Shown here: one piece after another, positions 18,362 to 28,025 of the stretch | Position numbering within the stretch: position 1 is the first letter of the stretch | Layout of the letters: every line of letters begins with the position of its first letter | Assembly: GCA_964525675.1 (NCBI GenBank) | Contig: CAZGJW010000002.1 | Location: 7,093 to 71,092, forward strand | From: an uncultured Spirochaetota bacterium | GTDB taxonomy: Bacteria > Spirochaetota > B62-G9 > DRHN01 | Direction: 5' to 3' | DNA: 64,000 nucleotides | The notes under the pieces: generated by a model | The model's database searches: none | Seen by the model: the letters and a program-made list of their open reading frames with translations, nothing else | Told to the model about the DNA's origin: nothing | Program-made: the position numbers and the translations under genes

Positions 18362-19261
18362 ATGAAGCTAGATGGCAAGGTGGCATTGGTTACGGGCGCT
18401 GCTCAGGGTATTGGGGAAGCTACGGCGCGTGTATTTGGTGCAGAAGGTGCATATGTGATTGCGGTTGATATTAATGGTGATAAAGTAAGCCAAAACGTTG
18501 AGTACATGAAACAAAAAGGGTATCTGGCTGAAATGATGCAAATCGATGTTTCAGATATAGATGATATTCACCGGTCTATTAGTAAAATAGTGGAAAGTCA
18601 TCGACGCATCGACATTCTCATCAACATTGCAGGGATATTTTCAAAAACCCCTATACTTAAAATTACTGAAGATGAATGGGATATGGTATTTAGTGTTAAC
18701 CTTAAAGGCACTTTTTTTCTTTCAAAAGAGGTTCTGGTAACAATGATTAAAAATAGGCAAGTTAACTTTCAAACTTAAAAGGTGCAAACCAACACCTGCC
18801 TAATGGTTTTTACCTCTAGAATGTAATTACAAGTAATTGTAACAGTATAGATAGTCAGCTTTGCATGAAATTCTGGTACAAAAAACCGTAATTTTAATGG
18901 ATAAAACCATAAGTATGGAAAAATTGTAAATGTATCCTCGCTTTCTGCAAAGAGGGGGGGAGTAACTTCCGGTATACATTACGGTGCCTCAAAGGCGGGG
19001 GTAATCTCAGTTACAAAATATTTAGCCAAGTTTAGTGCTCCTTATAACATCAATGTGAATGCGGTTGTTCCTGGCTTTGTTGACACACCAATGTTCAGGA
19101 GAAATGTTGATGCGATAGAGAACGTAATTAAATCGATCCCGATTGGTCGTGTTGCAAGGCCTGAAGAGGTCGCGAAAGTGATTATGTTCCTCGCATCTGA
19201 CGATGCCAGTTACATTACTGGTGAAATATTGGATGTAAATGGTGGAATTCTGATGGATTAA
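18362..19261 (+). pseudogene. FabG-like SDR oxidoreductase interrupted by R1 copy B
   Basis: The N-terminal half (TGAAQGIG...NIAG...MIKN) stops at a TAA inside the insert. The same frame resumes as (K)YGKIVNVSSLSAKRGG...YGASKAG...PGFVDTPM after the insert. Confidence 0.9.
18753..18912 (+). mobile_element. R1 repeat copy B (160 nt, subfamily 2) inserted in the SDR gene
   Basis: It runs ATAGGCAAGTTAAC...GGATAAAACCATAA. Removing 156 bp (the core plus one ATA) restores ATG ATT AAA AAT AAG TAT GGA AAA = MIKNKYGK. Confidence 0.9.
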
Positions 19262-19483
19262 TTGACCTTATACTATAAATGCGGTCCTGATCATTTTATT
19301 ATAATAAAATTGGGAAGATTGGGAGGAAAATCAATATTAATATGATATAAAAGGGTGAGATATTATATAATAAACAGCATTGTTGAATAACTCGTATATA
19401 GAGATTTTTGGATTAAAGAAATCGTTAAAATAATACAAAGCACGTTTTAGTTTGGATAATCACTATTACGCGAGGTAATTACG

Positions 19484-20335
19484 TTGAAAGTGAAGCCCTG
19501 GTTGTTGTTTCTACCCTCACTTGCATTGGTGATGTTCAATGCTTTTATCCCTACAGTTACTGTTATTTCCTATTCTTTGCACTACTATTTTCCATCAGTC
19601 CCGCCAGAGTATCTGGGTCTTGAACAATATCGGAGACTTTTAAGCGATCCGAATTTTCTCACTGCATTGTACAGGGGATTGCTTTTCTCTTTTGAATGTC
19701 TTGCTATCGAGGTGCCCCTTGGTCTCGCTATAGCAATGGTTCTTCCAAAAAAAGGAGTATTCGGAGGGGCTGCTCTTGCTGTTATCGCGATTCCACTGGT
19801 TATTCCCTGGATGACTGTCGGCCTCATGTGGAAATTGATGACTCAGCAGGTTGTTGGACCGATTCCATTTTTTCTTTCGAAATTGGGTATTGAGTTTGAT
19901 ATGTCCAGGCCGGTGCATGCTTTTCAAACCATTGTACTCATGGATGTCTGGCACTGGACTCCTCTCATTATTCTACTTATGTCCGCTGGATTGTCAGCAT
20001 TACCGGAAGAATATTACGAGGCGGCGAAAATTGATGGGGCTCGGGCCGGAAGAATTTTCAGGTATGTGACTTTGCCAGGGCTTAAATCTCCGCTTCTTGT
20101 TTTGCTTCTCCTGAGATTTATTGACACATTCAAGATATACGATGAAGTATGGGTGCTCACATCCGGTGGCCCGGGTAATGCTACCACTTTTCTCAGTATT
20201 TTTACCGTGAGGTTGGGAATTGGAGCTTTCAATTTAGGCTATGGTTCAGCAGTATCATTAACATTTCTATATGTAGTGTTGACCTTCAGTTTTGTTTTGA
20301 TGGTAGTTATGACCAAGGGGAGGGGGGTAAAATAG
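19484..20335 (+). CDS. carbohydrate ABC transporter permease (MalF/UgpA type)
   Basis: It has the EAA loop EYYEAAKIDGARAGRIFRYVTLPG and ~6 TM segments. The start is TTG/GTG and uncertain by a few codons. Confidence 0.85.
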   Translation: MKVKPWLLFLPSLALVMFNAFIPTVTVISYSLHYYFPSVPPEYLGLEQYRRLLSDPNFLTALYRGLLFSFECLAIEVPLGLAIAMVLPKKGVFGGAALAVIAIPLVIPWMTVGLMWKLMTQQVVGPIPFFLSKLGIEFDMSRPVHAFQTIVLMDVWHWTPLIILLMSAGLSALPEEYYEAAKIDGARAGRIFRYVTLPGLKSPLLVLLLLRFIDTFKIYDEVWVLTSGGPGNATTFLSIFTVRLGIGAFNLGYGSAVSLTFLYVVLTFSFVLMVVMTKGRGVK

Positions 20336-20337
20336 AC

Positions 20338-21147
20338 ATGAAAGAGCGGAACAAGCGGATTATCTTTACGATCATTATCTGTCTTTATCTTATCTTTACT
20401 CTCTTTCCTTTCTACTGGATGCTTAACACAGCTTTCAAGCACAAGGCTGAAGTTACGAGGGAACTTACCTTTTATCCACACCACTTTACGTTGGATTCTT
20501 TTAAACAGGTAATTAATAAACCCCTCTATAGAAGGGCACTCCTGAATTCGCTGTCAATTGCCTTTGGATCAGTTATACTCTGCTTGTCTGTTGGAATCTG
20601 GGCAGCATATGCATTCTCCCGTTATAGATTCCTGGGGGATAAGCATTTCTTCTTCTGGTTGATTACGAATCGTATGGCTCCTCCTGCGGTATTCGTTATT
20701 CCGTATTTTATGATATATTCCACGATCGGACTTTATGATACGCGTATAGGAGTAATATTGTCTCATACCCTGTTTAATTTACCGCTTACCATTTGGTTGC
20801 TTGTAGGGTTTATGAATGCCGTACCGACTGACCTTGATGAGGCTGCATTTGTTGATGGCTACACCTTCGTTGGTTATTTTAGAAAGATTTTTTTTCCAGT
20901 GATTGCACCGGGTATCGGTGTTACGGCTTTTTTTCTTTTTATATTCTCCTGGTCAGAAATGTTGCTTGGTTCAGTGCTTACTGCTTCATCAGCTAAGCCT
21001 GTAACAGTCGCTTTACTGCAAAATGTATCCATGTTTGGTGTCGAATGGGGACTGATCGCCGCTGTTTCCATATTTGCGGTATTACCTGGAATAGTGGCAG
21101 TTGCTTTTGTAAGAAAATATATCGCGAGAGGTTTCCTTGTTGGGTAA
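20338..21147 (+). CDS. carbohydrate ABC transporter permease (MalG/UgpE type)
   Basis: It has the EAA loop DLDEAAFVDGYTFVGYFRKIFFP. Confidence 0.85.
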   Translation: MKERNKRIIFTIIICLYLIFTLFPFYWMLNTAFKHKAEVTRELTFYPHHFTLDSFKQVINKPLYRRALLNSLSIAFGSVILCLSVGIWAAYAFSRYRFLGDKHFFFWLITNRMAPPAVFVIPYFMIYSTIGLYDTRIGVILSHTLFNLPLTIWLLVGFMNAVPTDLDEAAFVDGYTFVGYFRKIFFPVIAPGIGVTAFFLFIFSWSEMLLGSVLTASSAKPVTVALLQNVSMFGVEWGLIAAVSIFAVLPGIVAVAFVRKYIARGFLVG

Positions 21148-21158
21148 GGAGGTTAAGT

Positions 21159-21437
21159 TTGTTGCAAAATGTTTCTACAATTGTAAAAGGTGCTTTGTCT
21201 GCCGGTATAGGGGTAACGGCAATGTTGAGTGTTCTTGCAATTTTTGTCGGTGAGACCGAGCTAAGACGGGGATTTTTACCCTGGCCAACAACATGGGGAG
21301 ATCGGTTCTTTATTTCCCTGCTCATATTATTCCTCATTGGGTTACTATGGTTGAAGTTCATTGAACCCCTGCTTCCAATTTACGGTGCCTTGATTCTGAG
21401 TTTAATAATTGGATTTTTCATCGTAAAGTATGGTTAG
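21159..21437 (+). CDS. small hydrophobic protein (~92 aa, about 3 TM) within the ABC operon
   Basis: AAGGAGG at 21146-21152 precedes TTG 21159. The hydrophobic segments are AGIGVTAMLSVLAIFVG, FFISLLILFLIGLLWL and LILSLIIGFFIV. No family was recognised. Confidence 0.4.
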   Translation: MLQNVSTIVKGALSAGIGVTAMLSVLAIFVGETELRRGFLPWPTTWGDRFFISLLILFLIGLLWLKFIEPLLPIYGALILSLIIGFFIVKYG

Positions 21438-21584
21438 AAGTATGGCTAAATGATGAGCACATGGTTTTTTGCCTGTGAGGGTGGGGTAAGGAAAATATTC
21501 TCGCATATATACTCAATGAAGGGAGGTGAAAATACGAAGTAGCATATTCACATTTAGAGTAAAAAACGTCAGGAGGAAAAACAT

Positions 21585-23144
21585 ATGAAAGTGACAAATC
21601 GATTTTTCTACTTTTTACTCATCGTCATGTTTGTTTGTACTGCGGTGGGTGTATCCTTCGCCGGAGGAGGAGAAGGAAAGGGTAAAGCGGAAGATGTTGC
21701 GAAATATTATGCGGCTGCAGACAAATACGGAAAAACAGAGCAAGCTAAAAAGTTATACCGATGGTATGCGGATGCAGCGGCTCCCTACAGGGGTAAGACT
21801 GTCAAGACTATTCTAGAGGCTCTGCCTCCTACGCAATATCTTGCGAACACGATTGCTCCAATGTTTATAGAGATCACCGGTATAAAGCTCATTGCTGAAT
21901 TGGCTTCCAATGAGGAGGTTTACTCCAAGGAGATGCTTGAAGCTACAAGCCGTAGCGGGACCTACGATTTTTTCTACGATGATCAGGACATGATCGGTAC
22001 CTGGAATAAAAGGAAAAGTATTGCCAATTTAACACAGCTCATGAAGGATCATCCTGAAATTATCGAACCCGAGCTGGATCTGGATGATTTTATTGATGCG
22101 GTTATAAACATGTATACAGATACCGAAGGGAACCTCTGGAACCTGCCTATGGAACAATACCCGAAAGTATACATCTATCGGTCAGACCTTTTTGAAGATC
22201 CGCAGGAAAAGGCAGCATTTAAGAAGAAATACGGTTGGGATCTCAGGCCGGCAAGAACCTACGATGAATACACCGAAATTGCAGAATTCTTTACCAGGCC
22301 GGAGGAGAATCTGTATGGACATGCCTGTGCCGGGAGAAGACACCCTGCGCTTGCTTATGAATGGACTGAAGCGCTCTTTCTTCAAGCTGGGGTATGCAGT
22401 CCTGGCATCCCTTGGGGGCGGCCGATATGCGGCTGGGGCATAAAGATCAATGAAAATAATAAGATGGCTGGATGCTCCGTTTCAACAGGGGGGACGATCA
22501 ACGATCCTAAAATGGTAGAATTCTTCACTATGTACAAGAACCTGATCGATAATTTTGCACCTCCCGGTATTCTCGAGTTCATCTGGGAAGAGGAGGCAGA
22601 AAGTTTCAAGGCGGGTACAGTTGCACAAATTCCAAATTTTTATTCGCAGTTAACTCCAACCCTGGCTGCATCTGATTCGGCGGTTGTTGGTAAATTTAAA
22701 GTCACTATGCCGCCAACAACCGGGTACTGGAAAGAAGGGATGGCCCGGGGTTACTGGGATTCAGCAGGTTTTATTATTCCTGCAGCGTCGAAAAATGTAG
22801 AGCCTTCATTCTTGTTTGCCCAATTTGTCGTTTCAAAGGCTCATGAGCTTGAAAGGGCAAAGAATGTTGGCTGCACGGTGAGAAAGTCGGTTCTCGCATC
22901 ACCCGATCTTGCTGAAACAGATAGGAAACTAGGTGGTCTGATCAGTTTACAAAAAAGCCCGGAAGCACTTACTTACACCGGAACTGATCCTGCTATCGAG
23001 GAATATGCCGCCATGCTTGAGATAATATACTCTGATATTCATAGAGGGTTGACAGGTGAATGGTCTCCAAAAGAAACCTTGGACACCCTGGCAAACGAAC
23101 TGGACACCGAGTTGGGCAGGATGGGTTATCCAATTGGAAAGTGA
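21585..23144 (+). CDS. ABC transporter extracellular solute-binding protein (family 1, large 519-aa form)
   Basis: It has an AGGAGGAAAA SD and a signal-like N-terminus. It sits in an operon with two permeases and two ATPases. Confidence 0.75.
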   Translation: MKVTNRFFYFLLIVMFVCTAVGVSFAGGGEGKGKAEDVAKYYAAADKYGKTEQAKKLYRWYADAAAPYRGKTVKTILEALPPTQYLANTIAPMFIEITGIKLIAELASNEEVYSKEMLEATSRSGTYDFFYDDQDMIGTWNKRKSIANLTQLMKDHPEIIEPELDLDDFIDAVINMYTDTEGNLWNLPMEQYPKVYIYRSDLFEDPQEKAAFKKKYGWDLRPARTYDEYTEIAEFFTRPEENLYGHACAGRRHPALAYEWTEALFLQAGVCSPGIPWGRPICGWGIKINENNKMAGCSVSTGGTINDPKMVEFFTMYKNLIDNFAPPGILEFIWEEEAESFKAGTVAQIPNFYSQLTPTLAASDSAVVGKFKVTMPPTTGYWKEGMARGYWDSAGFIIPAASKNVEPSFLFAQFVVSKAHELERAKNVGCTVRKSVLASPDLAETDRKLGGLISLQKSPEALTYTGTDPAIEEYAAMLEIIYSDIHRGLTGEWSPKETLDTLANELDTELGRMGYPIGK

Positions 23145-23169
23145 GCGTGTTAACTGATTATGATGAAAC

Positions 23170-23200
23170 CGGTGAGCCATATATGGCTCACCGGGTTCTT
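23170..23200 (+). terminator. GC-rich hairpin after the SBP gene (attenuator/terminator)
   Basis: CCGGTGAGCCAta/taTGGCTCACCGG forms an ~11-bp stem 26 nt after the stop. The following T-tract is weak (GTTCTTAT). Confidence 0.5.
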
Positions 23201-23259
23201 ATAGGTAAAATAGTTTGAATAACATGAAGGACGATATAGTTTATAAAAAGGTAAGGTAA

Positions 23260-24375
23260 ATGGCATCAGTACGATTGGAAAACATTTCTAAGTCCTTTAT
23301 CGGCAAAAAAAATGTGCTGAAAGATATTTCCCTGGAGGTGACTGACCGTAGTGTGACGTCCCTCCTGGCTCCAACAGGATTTGGAAAAACGACCATTTTA
23401 AGGATAATTGCGGGTGTTGAGAAACCTGATACAGGAAGAGTCTACTTCGGAGATAAGGATGTCACAGAGATGCCAACTCAGAAGAGAAATGTAGCGATGG
23501 TATTTCAAAGTTTTGCACTCTATCCGAATATGACTGTGTATGCAAACATTGCCTCTCCCTTGAAAATTATGGGGCTTGATCAAACTGATATCGATGAAAG
23601 AGTAACAAACCAGGTGGAGTCTTTGAAGATCCAAGATCTTCTAAGTAAAACTCCACATGAATTGAGCGGTGGAGAGAGACAAAGAGTAGCAATTGCACGT
23701 GCTCTGGTCAAGGGGGCTGATGTTTATCTAATGGATGAGCCACTCACAAATCTTGACTACAAGATCCGTGAGAGCATGCGAATGGAGCTGAAAGAGATCT
23801 TTCGTGAGATAAAGGGAAGCATCATATTTGCGACGCCGGATCCAAGGGAGGTTTTATCAATGTCTACTCATGTAGCATTTCTGCAAAATGGTACAATTGG
23901 ACAGTACGGTACTACGCTCGATGTGTATAATCAGCCGAAAAACGTTGAGGTGGGTACTTACTATGGATATCCTCCCATGAACATTTTTGATGGTCAATTT
24001 GTCGAGAAAGACGGTAAATGTTTTTTGCGTGTTTTTGAAGAGATCGATTTGGATATAACTCACATGAAAGACCTTTTCAAAACTGAGAAAATATTCGATG
24101 TAGGTTTGCGGCCAAATGAAATTCGTATGAAGGATAGGTTTCAGAATGGGATGATTTCATTTTTACCAACTGTCCTGCTGAGCGAGGTTATTGGTTCTGA
24201 GACTATTGTTTATATGAAATATAAGGATGTAGAGATGAAAATGTTGGTTTCAAGATTGATTAAGTACGAGGGAAAGAAGATTGAGGTATGTTTTGATCCT
24301 TCAAATCTCTATATATTCGGGAAACAGACGAACAGACTGATCGGCAAATATATAACAAACGTGGAGAGAAAGTAG
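23260..24375 (+). CDS. ABC transporter ATP-binding protein (MalK/UgpC type) with atypical Walker A and H-loop
   Basis: Walker A is APTGFGKTT (Ala instead of the first Gly). The signature LSGGERQRV and Walker B YLMDEPL are canonical. The H-loop position reads ATPDP, with no His. Confidence 0.8.
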   Translation: MASVRLENISKSFIGKKNVLKDISLEVTDRSVTSLLAPTGFGKTTILRIIAGVEKPDTGRVYFGDKDVTEMPTQKRNVAMVFQSFALYPNMTVYANIASPLKIMGLDQTDIDERVTNQVESLKIQDLLSKTPHELSGGERQRVAIARALVKGADVYLMDEPLTNLDYKIRESMRMELKEIFREIKGSIIFATPDPREVLSMSTHVAFLQNGTIGQYGTTLDVYNQPKNVEVGTYYGYPPMNIFDGQFVEKDGKCFLRVFEEIDLDITHMKDLFKTEKIFDVGLRPNEIRMKDRFQNGMISFLPTVLLSEVIGSETIVYMKYKDVEMKMLVSRLIKYEGKKIEVCFDPSNLYIFGKQTNRLIGKYITNVERK

Positions 24376-24377
24376 CC

Positions 24378-25439
24378 ATGGCCGAGATTCATCTTGAAAA
24401 TATTTCACACAACTATGGTGGTAAGGTTTTGGCAGTCAAGAATGTTTCCATCACATTTCCCGATGGGTCGAACAATGCCTTGCTTGGGCCATCTGGATGT
24501 GGAAAAACAACTCTTATGAAGATTATAGCGGGCTTGTTAAAACCAACTGAGGGCAGAGTTTATTTTGATGGAAAAGATGTGACGGATCTTTCTGCGCAGG
24601 ACAGAAACATTGCCATGGTTTTTCAGTTTCCTGTGATCTATGACATGACAGTATTCGACAACCTGATGTTCCCCCTCCTGAGTCGAAAAATTCCTAAGAA
24701 ACAGGCTCGAGAACAGGTAATGGAAATAGCAGATGTTCTCAACTTAACCTCCTTGTTCAAAACGCGATCAAAGGATCTGGATATGGGAGCCAGACAGAGA
24801 GTGACTCTGGGAAGAGCTCTGGTGAGAAAACCGAGTGCTTTCCTCATGGATGAGCCGCTTTCAAGTATTGAGCCCGAAGGGAAATGGCATCTCAAGATGA
24901 AAATACGAGAGATTCAGGAAACACTTGAGCAAACTTTAATATATGTAACTCATGATCAATCCGAAGCACTTACCCTGGCAGATCAGATCGTTGTCATGAA
25001 CGAGGGAGAATTTTTACAATACGCATCAACGGATACAATCTATGAAGAACCGAGTAACACCTTTGTGGGGTATTTTATCGGTGATCCTGGGATGAATTTC
25101 ATAAACTGTACTCTAAAGGGTAATAGCCTGGATTGTGAAAACTTCAATTTTGATGTATCTAAATTTTCGCTTGAAAAATATGGAGAGAATTTTAAATTAG
25201 GCATCAGGCCTGAACACCTTCAGGTAAGCAGTCATGAGCAGAAAAATTGGATTCCCTCCAAATTAAAAACCGTAGAAAACCTCGGGAATATGCAAATACT
25301 ACATATATTTTCTGGTAAGCACGATATTAAAGCAAAAATGGAATCTTTTGAATTATCAGGTGATGGAAACGTGTGGATTCATTTACCGAATGATAAAGTT
25401 AGGATTTTTAAAGAGACCGGTGAGCTTGTAATTGTTTAG
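24378..25439 (+). CDS. ABC transporter ATP-binding protein (MalK/UgpC type) with a degenerate signature motif
   Basis: Walker A GPSGCGKTT, Walker B FLMDEPL and H-loop VTHDQ are canonical. The signature position reads LDMGARQRV instead of LSGGQ. Confidence 0.8.
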   Translation: MAEIHLENISHNYGGKVLAVKNVSITFPDGSNNALLGPSGCGKTTLMKIIAGLLKPTEGRVYFDGKDVTDLSAQDRNIAMVFQFPVIYDMTVFDNLMFPLLSRKIPKKQAREQVMEIADVLNLTSLFKTRSKDLDMGARQRVTLGRALVRKPSAFLMDEPLSSIEPEGKWHLKMKIREIQETLEQTLIYVTHDQSEALTLADQIVVMNEGEFLQYASTDTIYEEPSNTFVGYFIGDPGMNFINCTLKGNSLDCENFNFDVSKFSLEKYGENFKLGIRPEHLQVSSHEQKNWIPSKLKTVENLGNMQILHIFSGKHDIKAKMESFELSGDGNVWIHLPNDKVRIFKETGELVIV

Positions 25440-25564
25440 TATTGCATACATAACATTCCGTCAGGTGATTACCTGTATTCAATACACATTGATCCTTTTA
25501 TGTCGTTATTCTCTAATATCTGAGAGACCTCGAAAAAACTTACTCGTATATTAAACATTGTTCT

Positions 25565-27130
25565 TTAACTTAACAAAATATTGGTTTCATGCCTGAGCAT
25601 GTCATGCATGAGATCGCGAAGTCTAAAGTAGGTCTCTATGTACTTGTCCGTATAGTAACGGTAGGACTCATATCGCTCTCTATCGGGTTCGATTTTCAAT
25701 CGAATTCTCACCATACTCTTTACAGCTTCCTCTAAACTTTTAAACACTCCGGCACCATATGATGCCAATATTGCATCGCCAAGCAGAGGTGCATTTGGGT
25801 CCTCGGTAAGAAAAATTGGTAGACCAAGTACATCGCTATGGATTTGCATCCACAATTCACTGTTTGTCGGGCCGCCGCAAACATAAATCCCTTCGGGTTC
25901 GAAGCCAGCTTCCCGGAAAAAACGAACGATGTATTCAGTACCATAAGCAACACCTTCCATTATAGCCCGATAAAGATGAGCAGGTGTATGTTTCAACGAA
26001 AATCCCCAAACAGCACCACGGGCCTGTGAATCGGTGACGGGATTTCTATTGCCCTGCCAGTAATTAAGGAGTATCAGTCCATCCGAACCTATTTTCACTT
26101 TCTTTGCAAGTTGACTCATATATTCGTAGAGCTCAAGCCCCTTTTTCTTTGCATTTCTTTGATATTCCCGGCCTATGAAGTTGTCCTTGAACCATTTGAG
26201 TACAGAACCGGTTGAGATCTGAGAACCTTCAACAGCACACAATCCCTGTATAACCGCATCGGGAAATGCCCCGAATATTCCCTCCTTATGAATCTCCTCC
26301 TCAGATAAACCGAGCATAACATGTGATGATCCTGTTATAAGTGCAACTCTTCCCTGCCTAACAACCCCCAACCCTATCATTCCAGTAAAGGCGTCAGCAC
26401 CTCCCTGAATTACAATTGTACTGGTAGAAAGGCCTGTTTTCTTTGCCACGTTTGGGAGTATTGTACCGATCGGTTCACCAAGTTGCAGAATGTTTTCAGG
26501 AAACCGTTTTATTAAATCATCGAGGCCAATGGAATTATAAAATTTATAGGGCCAACCTCCACAGCGTGTATTATAGTACCAGCGTATGGTGACGTTGTTT
26601 ATACTTCCTACGTAATTTCCGGTAATACGATAGTTGATGTAATCCTGCAACTCACAGATGTAACGTGCATGGTCGTAAATCTCACGCTGGTTCTCCTTCA
26701 GCCATAACGCCTTGGACGGCATCCATTCGGCGGATACTCTTCCGAAACCGTTATACTTCAAAGAATCTGAGCCGCATTTTGCAATTCGCTCAGCCTGTTT
26801 GAAAGCCCGCACATCCATCCATAAAAGTGCATTTCGTAACGGTTGAAAATGTTTATCCAGAGCCAGTACGGTGCAGGAAGTGCTGTCCATACATAGGCTT
26901 GGTATCTGTTCTGGCTTTACACCTGATTCGTCAAGCAATGCTCTGATCACTTGAATAAATGCATCCCACCATTCATCTGGGTTCTGCTCAGCCCAACCGG
27001 AATAGGGAAATGTAGTTTTATATATACGTGTTTTTGAATGAATCATTTTGCCATGTTTATTAAAAAATGCAGCACGGAGGGATTCTGTGCCGAAATCAAG
27101 TGCGAGAAAATAAATGTTATCGTCATTCAT
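25565..27130 (-). CDS. FGGY-family carbohydrate kinase
   Basis: YFLALDFGTESLRAA is at the N-terminus, with GGADAF and GGPTNSELWMQ. Length is 521 aa. Confidence 0.85.
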   Translation of the reverse strand: MNDDNIYFLALDFGTESLRAAFFNKHGKMIHSKTRIYKTTFPYSGWAEQNPDEWWDAFIQVIRALLDESGVKPEQIPSLCMDSTSCTVLALDKHFQPLRNALLWMDVRAFKQAERIAKCGSDSLKYNGFGRVSAEWMPSKALWLKENQREIYDHARYICELQDYINYRITGNYVGSINNVTIRWYYNTRCGGWPYKFYNSIGLDDLIKRFPENILQLGEPIGTILPNVAKKTGLSTSTIVIQGGADAFTGMIGLGVVRQGRVALITGSSHVMLGLSEEEIHKEGIFGAFPDAVIQGLCAVEGSQISTGSVLKWFKDNFIGREYQRNAKKKGLELYEYMSQLAKKVKIGSDGLILLNYWQGNRNPVTDSQARGAVWGFSLKHTPAHLYRAIMEGVAYGTEYIVRFFREAGFEPEGIYVCGGPTNSELWMQIHSDVLGLPIFLTEDPNAPLLGDAILASYGAGVFKSLEEAVKSMVRIRLKIEPDRERYESYRYYTDKYIETYFRLRDLMHDMLRHETNILLS

Positions 27131-27433
27131 AGGTCTGCAAATTCCTTATACATTGAATGTTTTTATATCTGGTTTTATCAAGTAACCTAATTTTTTTATT
27201 TACTATTGTGATATAGTAGTATATTCGCAATTCGTTTGATTAACTTTAAAATACAAGTATTTTTAAGTCAAGAAATCATAACGTATTTTAAGATAAGATT
27301 TTGATAGTAGTATCAAATTATTTATTTTATGGTCAGTAAAACCCTTGAGTGAGATAGTATTGTAAAAACTGATGTTGAGATACAATTTTAGTTGTCGGCC
27401 ATTCTTATTTCAAGATGAATTAATTGAAGGATT

Positions 27434-27967
27434 TTGCATGTGGTCAGTACGGTAAAAACGTTTCATCAACCAGATAAACGCCTTGCAGCAGTTTGTGGAT
27501 TATTTTGTCCATCATGTACAATCTACATTGCTACAACTGAAGAACCTGAAAGACTTAAACTAATTGCAGATCGTCGCAACCTTCCAATTGACAAAGTACG
27601 CTGTTACGGATGTAGGGTTTCTATTCGTTATCCTTTCTGTGAAACATGTAAAATGTCCGAGTGTTCTAAAAATAAAGAGATTGATTTTTGTGTGGAATGT
27701 AAAGAGTTTCCCTGTGATGATTTGAAACGTTTTCAAGCTGCACGCCCACATAGAATAGAACTATGGCAAGCACAAAAACAGATATATGAATCCGGGTACG
27801 AGATGTGGTACATTGATATGCTTAAACATTATAGTTGTCCTGTATGTGGCACTATAAATTCTGCTTATGATTTATCGTGCAGGAATTGTGGAGAAACTCC
27901 AAGCTGTCCCTATGTTAAAATCCACCAGCAGAAGATTATCCATTATGTAAAAAACATGGAATTTTAA
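27434..27967 (+). CDS. DUF3795-like cysteine-rich protein
   Basis: It has CGLFCPSC...CYGC...CETC...C and later CPVCG...CRNCG. The start codon is uncertain (TTG 27434 or GTG 27440). Confidence 0.6.
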   Translation: MHVVSTVKTFHQPDKRLAAVCGLFCPSCTIYIATTEEPERLKLIADRRNLPIDKVRCYGCRVSIRYPFCETCKMSECSKNKEIDFCVECKEFPCDDLKRFQAARPHRIELWQAQKQIYESGYEMWYIDMLKHYSCPVCGTINSAYDLSCRNCGETPSCPYVKIHQQKIIHYVKNMEF

Positions 27968-28025
27968 TATAGATGATAAACTTGTCGATTAGAATCATTC
28001 AGGTGTGAGAATGAAAAATGCAGGC

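Noticed and set aside
18763-18792. The R1 loop hypervariability was considered as DGR-type mutagenic retrohoming.
   Set aside because: The B/E differences are a mix of all substitution types (g/t, c/t, t/a, c/a, a/g, t/g...), not adenine-specific. No reverse transcriptase or template/variable repeat pair is present in the window.
27219-27320. ATAGTAGTAT occurs twice, with the palindrome TTGATAgtagTATCAA, in the FGGY-kinase/DUF3795 divergent spacer. These were considered as operator sites.
   Set aside because: The background is very AT-rich, there are only two short copies, and no matching motif appears near the GntR gene or other operons in the window. The support is insufficient.
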